This document shows, piece by piece, positions 41,858-49,423 of a stretch of DNA of 58,941 bases (position 1 is the first letter of the stretch; each line of letters starts with the position of its first letter). Location of the stretch: contig DASPGX010000015.1 in NCBI GenBank assembly GCA_035620375.1, positions 1-58,941 of the forward strand, given 5' to 3'. The DNA is from Minisyncoccota bacterium (GTDB taxonomy: Bacteria; Patescibacteriota; Minisyncoccia; 2-02-FULL-40-12; GWA2-44-9). The position numbers and the translations under genes are program-made. The notes beneath the pieces were generated by a model. The model saw only the letters and a list, made by a program, of their open reading frames with translations. It was not told the DNA's origin and searched no databases.

Positions 41858-42685
41858 ATGCAGCCTCCGAAGTCGGTAACCTTCTTTCGGAGACCGGGAC
41901 ACGGCCCATCAGAGCGATGGGAGTCCAAGCTCCGGAAACTCGCCGCGCAACGGCATCCGGACATCGCCGTCGTCCGGAACAACGCTGACGTCGCCTTCGT
42001 GCTGGGCGGCGACGGGACCATCATGGAGGCGGCCCGCGCCGGAGTCGCGCGCGTCATCGTCGGGCTGAACCTCGGCACGGTCGGTTTTCTGGCGACGGTG
42101 CGCACCGAACGGCGGTTTCTCGCCGGCGTGCGCGCAGTTCTCCGCGGCGACTACCATGCCCAGGACCGGCTTATGCTCCGCGTCGCGGTGCAGCGAGGAG
42201 GAGCGACCGTACTTCAGGAAACCGCGCTCAACGAAGTGTATATCCAAAGTCCGCTCGGCATGGTCATCCTGGACGTCCGGATAGGACGGACCCATGTCCA
42301 GCACATCCGCGGAAGCGGCGCGCTCATCGCGTCCCCGACGGGCTCCACCGGGTATAACCTCTCCGCGCACGGCCCCATCGTTGACCCGTCGTTGAACGTG
42401 TTCATCGTCAGCGAAATACTGGACCATAATACGCCGACGCCGAGCATCATCATCCCCACGGACCGCACCGTCACCGTTTCCGTCGCTTCGTTCCGGCGCC
42501 GCGGCCTGTTGAAACTGGAAAAGGACGACGCCGACGTCATCTGCTCCGCCGACGGCGCGTTCGCATTCGCGCTCCGCGAGAAGGATCTGGTCCGGGTGAG
42601 CCGTTCGCCGCGCTCGGTCGCCATCGCGCAGCTGGAATCCGATTATTTCTATCAGTCGTTGCATGAGAAATTCTCCATCACCTGA
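41858..42685 (+). CDS. nadK: NAD kinase
   Basis: VLGGDGTIMEAAR (GGDGT), NEV, TGSTGYNLSAHGPIV. Start set at MQPPKSV. Confidence 0.85.
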   Translation: MQPPKSVTFFRRPGHGPSERWESKLRKLAAQRHPDIAVVRNNADVAFVLGGDGTIMEAARAGVARVIVGLNLGTVGFLATVRTERRFLAGVRAVLRGDYHAQDRLMLRVAVQRGGATVLQETALNEVYIQSPLGMVILDVRIGRTHVQHIRGSGALIASPTGSTGYNLSAHGPIVDPSLNVFIVSEILDHNTPTPSIIIPTDRTVTVSVASFRRRGLLKLEKDDADVICSADGAFAFALREKDLVRVSRSPRSVAIAQLESDYFYQSLHEKFSIT

Positions 42686-42686
42686 C

Positions 42687-43466
42687 ATGCCCCCCAAGCG
42701 CAGGGTAAAACTCGCGATTTTCGACATCGACGGCACGATATTCCGTTCGTCCCTTATCATCGAACTGTTCAACGACCTCGTCCGCAGGGGCATCTTCCCG
42801 CGCTATGCAAGCGCGGAGGTGGAACGCAACTACGTCGCCTGGCTGAACCGGAAGGGTCACTACAACGATTACCTGATGAAGCTCGTCGAGGTGTTTTACC
42901 GGCACCTCGCCGGATGCAGCACGAAAGCGGTAAACGCCTCCACGCGCGCCGTCATCGCATGGCAGAAGGACCGTGTGCACCGGTTCCCCCGCCAGCTTAT
43001 CGGGGATCTGCGCCGGCAGAACTACTACATCCTCGTGCTTTCCAATTCTCCTGAACCCATCGTCCGCCAGTTCGCGCGCTCCATGAAATTCGACGCGGCA
43101 ATCGGCCATGAGCTGGAAACGCTTCACGGAATCTATACGGGCCGGAGCATCGTTGACGGCGTACTGAAGCCCGGGTACGCCCTCATCGACAAGGTATCCA
43201 AACTGGAAAAGTTCATCGCGGACCGCAATCTTTCCGCGGACCTGGCGCGTTCGGTGATGATCGGGGATTCCGAGGGCGACCTTGCGCTGTTGTCCTACGT
43301 GGGCAGACCCATCGCGTTCAATCCATCCCTGCCGCTCGCGCGCATCGCGCGCCAGCGCGGATGGCGCGTCGTGGTTGAGCGCAAGGACGTCGTGTACGAC
43401 ATCAAGGATTCCGAACTTCTGAAGGTCCGCGGGGCAAAGCCCCGCGTCGGATACGGCAAAAAGTGA
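42687..43466 (+). CDS. HAD-IB family hydrolase (SerB-like)
   Basis: AIFDIDGTIF (DxDxT), SNSPEP, GDSEGDLALL. ATG 1 nt after the nadK stop. Confidence 0.8.
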   Translation: MPPKRRVKLAIFDIDGTIFRSSLIIELFNDLVRRGIFPRYASAEVERNYVAWLNRKGHYNDYLMKLVEVFYRHLAGCSTKAVNASTRAVIAWQKDRVHRFPRQLIGDLRRQNYYILVLSNSPEPIVRQFARSMKFDAAIGHELETLHGIYTGRSIVDGVLKPGYALIDKVSKLEKFIADRNLSADLARSVMIGDSEGDLALLSYVGRPIAFNPSLPLARIARQRGWRVVVERKDVVYDIKDSELLKVRGAKPRVGYGKK

Positions 43467-43509
43467 CGCCGCGTTACCCACAGGTTATCGCGGCCCGCTG
43501 TGATACGAT

Positions 43510-43869
43510 GTGAGCCCGATGACGCTCGACGAATATCAGCAATTCACGGCGACGACGGCAAAACATGCCTCCCTTGCGGCGGCATCCGCCACGCATGCCA
43601 GGGACCTCGTGTATCCGGTCCTGGGACTGAACGGCGAGGCGGGAGAGGTCGCCGAGAAGGTCAAGAAACTCATCCGCGACGACGACGGACAGATTACGGA
43701 TGACGCGCGTACGGCCATCGCGCTGGAACTCGGCGACGTGCTCTGGTATCTGGCGACGACAGCCCGCAAGCTCGGCGTGCCGCTGAGCGAGGTCGCGCGC
43801 ATGAACATGGAAAAACTGCTCAGCCGCCGGGCGCGCGGGACGACGGGCGGTTCGGGCGACAACCGCTGA
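43510..43869 (+). CDS. MazG-like nucleotide pyrophosphohydrolase
   Basis: GLNGEAGEVAEKVKK...ELGDVLWYL...NMEKL. Confidence 0.8.
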   Translation: MSPMTLDEYQQFTATTAKHASLAAASATHARDLVYPVLGLNGEAGEVAEKVKKLIRDDDGQITDDARTAIALELGDVLWYLATTARKLGVPLSEVARMNMEKLLSRRARGTTGGSGDNR

Positions 43870-43870
43870 C

Positions 43871-44095
43871 ATGGAACGGCGCATCACGGTACGGGTGACC
43901 CCGCGCGCACGCCATGCGCGCGTTTTCAGACGCTCGGAAGATGAGTACGACATCGCGGTCACGGCGCCTCCCGAGCATGGCCGCGCGACCGATGCGTCGC
44001 GCCGTGCGCTCGCCGCGGAGCTCGGGGTCGCGCCTTCGCGCATTTCGCTCATCATGGGCGAGCGCTCGCGGACGAAGGTGTTCCGCGTGACATGA
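43871..44095 (+). CDS. DUF167 (YggU-like) protein
   Basis: ITVRVTPRAR...IAVTAPPEHGRATDA...GERSRTKVFRV pattern. Confidence 0.75.
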   Translation: MERRITVRVTPRARHARVFRRSEDEYDIAVTAPPEHGRATDASRRALAAELGVAPSRISLIMGERSRTKVFRVT

Positions 44096-44246
44096 GCGCT
44101 ACTTATCCACTTTTTTTATATACATGAAAGTAGTGCGTTCCTATAATGAACGCAGGTCGGATATTTATACGGTATCAACAGGAGGGATGCGATGCAGCAG
44201 GTGAGCGCCGCGGCGCTCTCCGGACTGAATCGCCTTCCATCCAGAA

Positions 44247-44324
44247 ATGGCCAAGAAGAGGAAGGCGGCCAAGAAGAAGATGGCGCCCAAGAAGCGCAAA
44301 GCCGCGAAGAAGAAAAAGAGGTAA
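44247..44324 (+). CDS. Possible 25-aa Lys/Ala-rich micro-protein
   Basis: MAKKRKAAKKKMAPKKRKAAKKKKR. 23 of 25 codons end in G/C (hand count), as in real genes here. The stop lies 10 nt before a strong terminator. No SD. Confidence 0.3.
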   Translation: MAKKRKAAKKKMAPKKRKAAKKKKR

Positions 44325-44333
44325 CCTCTTTTC

Positions 44334-44367
44334 CGAAAAGCCCCGAAGGGGGCTTTTCGCTTTTTTT
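44334..44367 (+). terminator. Strong intrinsic terminator
   Basis: CGAAAAGCCCC-GAAG-GGGGCUUUUCG followed by CUUUUUUU. Confidence 0.8.
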
Positions 44368-44400
44368 CCGGAAATGAAACCCGCCCCTCGTGAGGGCGGG

Positions 44401-45780
44401 CTATTGCTCCGCATCCCGTTCCTGCAGGTACCGGAGTTTCACGATGTACCCGCCGGTTTCCTGCTTGATGCGGCTCGGCAGATGCACCGACCAGTCCGCG
44501 CTCTTTTTTGCGAGTGCGGTCCGTATCGCGGGTATGACCCGTGCAGGAGAAGCGTTGTACAGGGCGGCAAGGTACTCCTCAAGCCGCGGGTCCTTGAGGA
44601 TGGATTCGCCGAACGTGTCCACCAGCAGCTTGAGATTGTTGTCGTGAAGAAGCACGGCGGCCATCGCGACGTTCAGGTGGTCGCGCGCCCCGCCGGTGAA
44701 GTCGCGGTTCAGGCGCGCCGCGGGATATCGCTCGCGGATGGTCGTGTACGTGCCCTTCCGGCCGTTATCCGTGAACTGGTACGGGCCGCAGGCTCCCGCG
44801 CTGCTGCAGGTGAGCGCGAACGCATCCTGCAGGTTCGTCGCGAACAGGACGTGCACGCGTTCCACAACCCGCTCGTTCTCAAACAGGAATTCCGCAAGAT
44901 CCATCTGCTCGATGAGCGGCAGGCGCTCGAACATGACCGGCGTGAGATACGGCAGATCCGCCACATCGGTACCGGGCACGGCACGCGACGGCACCTTGCG
45001 CTCGCGGAGCAATGCATACGCGCGGGCGACGAGGTCCTGAAGGTATTCCTCGCCGATTTCCACGAGCAGATCGCTGTGCAGGTCGCGGCTGTACGGCACG
45101 TACTGTCGGTATTCCACCGACCTCGTGGTTGAGCGGACCAGCTTGGTCGCGCCCGTTGCCGTGCGGACGCGCCGCGACGACGTTACGTTGCGCGCAAAAG
45201 GCTCCACGTTGCCGATGACGACGGCGTTCGCGGGCTCGACGATGCGGAACTCCGTGTTCCAGAGGTTCCAACGGATACCGTTACTGCGCTCCACGACCTC
45301 GATATCCCAGCCCTCAGGCGGAACAAGGTCGGCGCCGCGTTTGAACGCCGAGATAATCTCAATCTCGCATGAATCCCGGTGCAGAACCGCGAGGGCGTAT
45401 TCCTTTTCAGGCTCACGGTACGTACGCCGGACGCCGTTCCGCGTTTCGGTGTACCGGATGGGGTCGGTTCCCACGTGAAGCGTGACCCCCGAAAGCATGC
45501 TCTTCGCCTCGGCAATCTTATCCGGCATCCAGCACAGGCGCGGCTGTGCGCGGACCTCGGGCGCAACCGCGATGAGGTCGCTGAAATCCCGCGAAGAAAG
45601 CGGAATCTCCACGATTTCCGGTTCTGCGGGCTCCGGCTCGGCGACAGGCTCCTCCTGCACGGCCTCGGTCTCCGGAGGCGACTCCGGAATGGGTATGACG
45701 GTAGAGGTACGGCTTGCACACGCCATGCCCACCACCGCCACTATCGCGATTATCGCGAGGCGGAACTGGGTCATGACCAC
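44401..45780 (-). CDS. Secreted protein with SLT-like lytic transglycosylase motif
   Basis: Signal/lipoprotein-like N-terminus. CSSAGACGPYQFT resembles the S-x-AGA-x-G-x-MQ(F/L) motif of the SLT domain. Confidence 0.6.
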   Translation of the reverse strand: MVMTQFRLAIIAIVAVVGMACASRTSTVIPIPESPPETEAVQEEPVAEPEPAEPEIVEIPLSSRDFSDLIAVAPEVRAQPRLCWMPDKIAEAKSMLSGVTLHVGTDPIRYTETRNGVRRTYREPEKEYALAVLHRDSCEIEIISAFKRGADLVPPEGWDIEVVERSNGIRWNLWNTEFRIVEPANAVVIGNVEPFARNVTSSRRVRTATGATKLVRSTTRSVEYRQYVPYSRDLHSDLLVEIGEEYLQDLVARAYALLRERKVPSRAVPGTDVADLPYLTPVMFERLPLIEQMDLAEFLFENERVVERVHVLFATNLQDAFALTCSSAGACGPYQFTDNGRKGTYTTIRERYPAARLNRDFTGGARDHLNVAMAAVLLHDNNLKLLVDTFGESILKDPRLEEYLAALYNASPARVIPAIRTALAKKSADWSVHLPSRIKQETGGYIVKLRYLQERDAEQ

Positions 45781-45843
45781 GTACCCCCGTTGGGAATGTG
45801 CACGTGGGGTTTGTTATACCACAGGAAACTCATCGTGAAAACC

Positions 45844-47193
45844 TCAGAGGTTCTGTTCAATCTGCGCGGCCTTCTGCAGTACGGTCCGGGAGTAGGTCGT
45901 GCAGATATGCGACGGATTGCCGATGCCGCAGGTCGTGCTCCCACCCACGTAGGCCCGGGCGGCACCCTCCTCCCCCGCCCGCGTCGTCGCGCCGCCCCGC
46001 GCAAGCTTCACCGCGGCGGCGGTGAACGCGTCGTGGAAATTCCACGGGTTCGGCGGATTGTGCCCCGTAATGCGGATGACGTCATTCTCGTACGAAAGCC
46101 AGGTTGACGGGATGAACTGCGCGGGTCCCATGGCGCCGCCGCACCCGTATGTCGGCTCACGGGAGACCTTCACCGTGTTCGGGTCCAGCCCCAGCTTGCC
46201 CGTGATGGCGAGAAACGCGTTCTTCTCCGTTTCCATGCGCTTCAGATAATAATCCTTACGGTGGGGATAGTAGATGGTCGCCAGACGGTAATAGCACTGC
46301 ACCATGTCGTCCTGCCAGTTGCCCGTACCGACGTTCTGTCCAAGCCGCGACTCCACTTCCAGTAGTGCCAGGAGGAACGCCGGCCGGATGCCCGCGCCGA
46401 TGGCCGCGAGCTCGGCGTATTTGACCGCGTCTTCGGCGGAGATGCCCGAGCGCAACAGGTACTCAATCTGCTCGCGAAGCCGGTTGATGTCGCGTTGTGC
46501 CGTCTGCACAAGCTGCTGATAGCGCGCCTCCTGTCCCTGGGTTTCGTTCAGAATCCGCGACACCCTGCCCCGGTCGGTCGCCAGCGAACGCTGCTCCAGT
46601 TCCTGCAGGCCCCGCATATGCTCAAGGTCCTGCTGCTTCACCTGCAGGGTCTCCCGGTGCTCGCCCAGTTCCAGCTGCAGCCCGCGGATGGTCCCGATGG
46701 TCGCCTGCAGCTGCTCCTGCGTCCGCTCCAGGTTATTGAGATGGTCGAACAGGTCCGAAATCTGCCGGCTTTGCAGGACGATGGCGGCGAGGCTCAATTC
46801 GTCGTATTCCTGGTACTCGCGCAAATAGCGGCTCAACGCATCACGGTGCACGCCGACTTGCCGCTCCGCTTCCGTAATCTGGGCCTCGGTGTCCGTGATT
46901 TCCAGGTCGGTGCGTTCGATGCTGGCCTCCAAGGTGCGGATCTGGACCGTGACGGAATTGATTCTCGCGTTCAGCTTCGCAATCTCGTTCTTTAGCGTCT
47001 GTGACTCGTGCCCGAGCGCGTCGGCCTGCCGCTGGTATTCGTCCCGCTGGCGTTCAAGCTCCTCAATAAGGCGGTTTTTGTCCGCAATGTCGTCCGCAAT
47101 GGACGCATGCGCCGTGCCGGGCGCGCCCAACGCAAAAACCACGGCAACCGCCATGGCATATGCGGCAACAGTCCCGCGGATACGCGTGCTCAC
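45844..47193 (-). CDS. Secreted coiled-coil protein with C-terminal MltB/SLT_2-like lytic transglycosylase domain
   Basis: ~230-aa heptad-rich region, then EVESRLGQN...CGGAMGPAQFIPSTW. GTG start overlapping the upstream stop. Confidence 0.7.
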   Translation of the reverse strand: MSTRIRGTVAAYAMAVAVVFALGAPGTAHASIADDIADKNRLIEELERQRDEYQRQADALGHESQTLKNEIAKLNARINSVTVQIRTLEASIERTDLEITDTEAQITEAERQVGVHRDALSRYLREYQEYDELSLAAIVLQSRQISDLFDHLNNLERTQEQLQATIGTIRGLQLELGEHRETLQVKQQDLEHMRGLQELEQRSLATDRGRVSRILNETQGQEARYQQLVQTAQRDINRLREQIEYLLRSGISAEDAVKYAELAAIGAGIRPAFLLALLEVESRLGQNVGTGNWQDDMVQCYYRLATIYYPHRKDYYLKRMETEKNAFLAITGKLGLDPNTVKVSREPTYGCGGAMGPAQFIPSTWLSYENDVIRITGHNPPNPWNFHDAFTAAAVKLARGGATTRAGEEGAARAYVGGSTTCGIGNPSHICTTYSRTVLQKAAQIEQNL

Positions 47194-47627
47194 CGGATAT
47201 GGATGACGCCCCGGAACCGTTCATCGCCGGGACTCAGATGATCATGATACGTGCAGGTTCGCACTTCGGTGAATGGTATCACATACTCCTGTCCCGGCGG
47301 GATACCCCCGGAATCGAATCCCGGGCAGAGCGTATGGACCGGGTGCGGGTCCGAGGCCGGCCAACGGCGCGAATCGGTTTCGTTCACGAATACGACCGTG
47401 TCGCCGGATGAAACGGACAGCTCGCCGGGCGACATGCCGTTTGCCGTAATACGCACCGTGAACCGCGCGGGCTCCTGCGCCGGCTCCGGAGCGGGCGTTC
47501 CGGTCGTGCCGGCTCCATCCGCCGCCGTAGGCTCCGGTACCGCGTCATTTTGCCCCGGAGTGCGTGAAAACAGGAGAAATGCTCCGATAGACACCGCAAC
47601 GAGTATGAATATTGCGGCAATCTTCAT
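47190..47627 (-). CDS. Membrane-anchored cupredoxin-like protein
   Basis: SD GGAGG. N-terminal TM. Single beta-sandwich with ...HPVHTLCPGFD...CTYHDHL (His/Cys ligand-like residues). Confidence 0.6.
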   Translation of the reverse strand: MKIAAIFILVAVSIGAFLLFSRTPGQNDAVPEPTAADGAGTTGTPAPEPAQEPARFTVRITANGMSPGELSVSSGDTVVFVNETDSRRWPASDPHPVHTLCPGFDSGGIPPGQEYVIPFTEVRTCTYHDHLSPGDERFRGVIHIR

Positions 47628-47711
47628 GCCTCCAGTATACCAACCCGCGGACGCCCCGGAAACCGCCCGTGGATATGTGGCCGAATAATGCACATGGTAT
47701 ACTGGTGTTGC

Positions 47712-48101
47712 ATGAGAATCCCGGTGCTTATTCTTGTATTCTTGGTCGTTTTCCTTGCCGCACCGGCGGCGCATGGGCAGTTGCGTAACCCTGCGCAGGC
47801 ACCGACTGCCGGTGAACTGATCGGGGGAGGCCAGCCGGTCACGCTTGAGGCGCTCATCAGCAGTTTGTATTCCGCTTCCGTCAGGGTCGTCGGGCTGTGC
47901 GCCTTTCTGATGCTGCTGTACGCCGGCGTCCGGCGTCTCATGGGCGACGCACAGGGCTCAAATCAAATCATCATTGATACGCTCATCGGTACGGTCCTGC
48001 TGCTCTCGTCCGTCCTCATCCTGAACTCCATCAATCCCGACACGACGACTCAGCAAGAGCCGGTATTTCCTCTTCCGCAGGAGGGCGGTCAGAGTCAGTA
48101 A
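47712..48101 (+). CDS. Small secreted two-helix membrane protein with TrbC/VirB2-pilin-like topology
   Basis: Signal peptide ending AAHG-Q, followed by two long hydrophobic helices and a polar tail. Topology-level similarity only. Confidence 0.4.
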   Translation: MRIPVLILVFLVVFLAAPAAHGQLRNPAQAPTAGELIGGGQPVTLEALISSLYSASVRVVGLCAFLMLLYAGVRRLMGDAQGSNQIIIDTLIGTVLLLSSVLILNSINPDTTTQQEPVFPLPQEGGQSQ

Positions 48102-48107
48102 CCCATC

Positions 48108-48347
48108 ATGGCATACGCACTCATTCTCCTTGCGCTTCTTGCGCTTCTGTTCGGCTCCTCGCTTTCCGGGGCGAGTATTCCCGATATGGACACGGCCGGC
48201 ATGAGCCGTCCGTTCATCAACGCATACGAGGCAGTCCGTGACCGCGCACGTGCGGCCATACGCAACGCCGTGCGCGAGAAACTGCACGACGCCGTGGATG
48301 AGGCCTTCACCGAAGAGGCAACTCCCACCCCCTCTTCCTCTGACTGA
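48108..48347 (+). CDS. Hypothetical small secreted/anchored protein (79 aa)
   Basis: N-terminal hydrophobic helix. 6 nt after the upstream stop. Confidence 0.4.
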   Translation: MAYALILLALLALLFGSSLSGASIPDMDTAGMSRPFINAYEAVRDRARAAIRNAVREKLHDAVDEAFTEEATPTPSSSD

Positions 48348-48363
48348 CACCTCGCCACCGCGT

Positions 48364-48386
48364 TAACGGCTCACCCAATGAGCCGT
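48364..48386. repeat. Conserved palindrome H4 (AACGGCTCA-CCCAA-TGAGCCGTT)
   Basis: Identical arms. Lies 30 nt upstream of RNA copy D. Confidence 0.75.
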
Positions 48387-48415
48387 TGATTTTAGGCAAC
48401 TACAACCACGGATTG

Positions 48416-48616
48416 CGTGATTTCGTCCGAGACCGAGGCGCAGAGCGAGCACCGGAGTGAGCCGTACTCATGCTACGGCGAACGAGGAGCGGAGCGGTAA
48501 CGACGGGTATCGGGCGAAATCACCAATCCCGAGCGGTCCAGGCGAAGGTTCACGCCGAGGAACTTCGGCGGGAATCGCCTCCGAAAGCCCGCCCAACAGA
48601 GGGCGGGCGGAGCTTT
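48416..48616 (+). ncRNA. Copy D of the structured small-RNA family (with extra 45-nt hairpin module), tail-to-tail with the dsbA-like gene
   Basis: P1 GUGAUUUCGUCCGA/UCGGGCGAAAUCAC (14 bp, one G-U). GAGCACCGGAGUGAG, CCGUA-loop-UACGG, GAGGAGCGGAGCGG, GUAACGACGGGUAUCGGG. Module at 48537-48581. Terminator hairpin GCCCGCCC-AACAGA-GGGCGGGC. Confidence 0.5.
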
Positions 48617-48633
48617 CGTGGAGCGGTGCGCGC

Positions 48634-49365
48634 CTATAACTCAGCATCGATCGCTTGCTGGAATGCCGAGAACGGCTGCGCCCCCACCAGCAACTTCCCG
48701 TTCACGAAGAATGACGGCGTTCCGCTGACGCCCGCCGCCTGGCCGGCCTCAAAGTCCGCGTCGACCTCGTCACCGTACTTCTCGGAATCAAGGCATTGGT
48801 TGAACTGTCCCGTGTTCAGGCCGATTTCCGCCGCCCAGCGCTTGAGCTCGGCATTGCCGTACGTAACGGTACCGTTCCCCTGCTTGGCCTGTTCCAGGAA
48901 CATTTTGTCGTGGTACTCCCAGAAGCGGCCCTGCTCGTTCGCGCACTCGGCGGCAAGGGCCGACGGACGTGCGGCGTCGTGGAACTGCAGCGGGAAGTCG
49001 CGGTACACAAGCTTCGCCTTGCCCGTATCGATGTATTCGGACTTGATAAGGGAATACGTGTCGTTGAAGAAGCTCCGGCAGAACGGACATTGGAAGTCGC
49101 TGAATTCCACGATGGTCACCGGAGCGTCGGGATTGCCGATGACCGGGTCGTTGTCGGTGAGGTCGCCGTCGAACACCACCTGCTCCTCCTGCGGGAGGTC
49201 GCCCAGCGCCGCGGTGCCGGTCCCGGGGCCGCCGACGGAGCCGCCCGTGTACAGAATCGAGCCCGCCACCATCAGGCCGGCGGCGATGATTGAAACCGGT
49301 ACCGAGAACGACATGTCGTTCCAGAGAGACTTCCCTACGCTTCCGGCGGATGAATTCAGTTCCAT
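48634..49365 (-). CDS. DsbA-family thiol:disulfide oxidoreductase, membrane-anchored
   Basis: FSDFQCPFC (CxxC) thioredoxin fold. N-terminal TM. Confidence 0.85.
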   Translation of the reverse strand: MELNSSAGSVGKSLWNDMSFSVPVSIIAAGLMVAGSILYTGGSVGGPGTGTAALGDLPQEEQVVFDGDLTDNDPVIGNPDAPVTIVEFSDFQCPFCRSFFNDTYSLIKSEYIDTGKAKLVYRDFPLQFHDAARPSALAAECANEQGRFWEYHDKMFLEQAKQGNGTVTYGNAELKRWAAEIGLNTGQFNQCLDSEKYGDEVDADFEAGQAAGVSGTPSFFVNGKLLVGAQPFSAFQQAIDAEL

Positions 49366-49423
49366 GGATGATTCGGATTACGCTACCGGCCCATTATAAC
49401 GGTGCGGGCGGACAGCGCAACCG

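Noticed and set aside
44192-44377. A 61-aa acidic ORF with strong SD (AGGAGGG, 6-nt spacing).
   Set aside because: It is rich in A-ending codons, unlike local genes, and its stop lies beyond the strong terminator at 44334-44367. It is kept only as the alternative to the Lys-rich frame.
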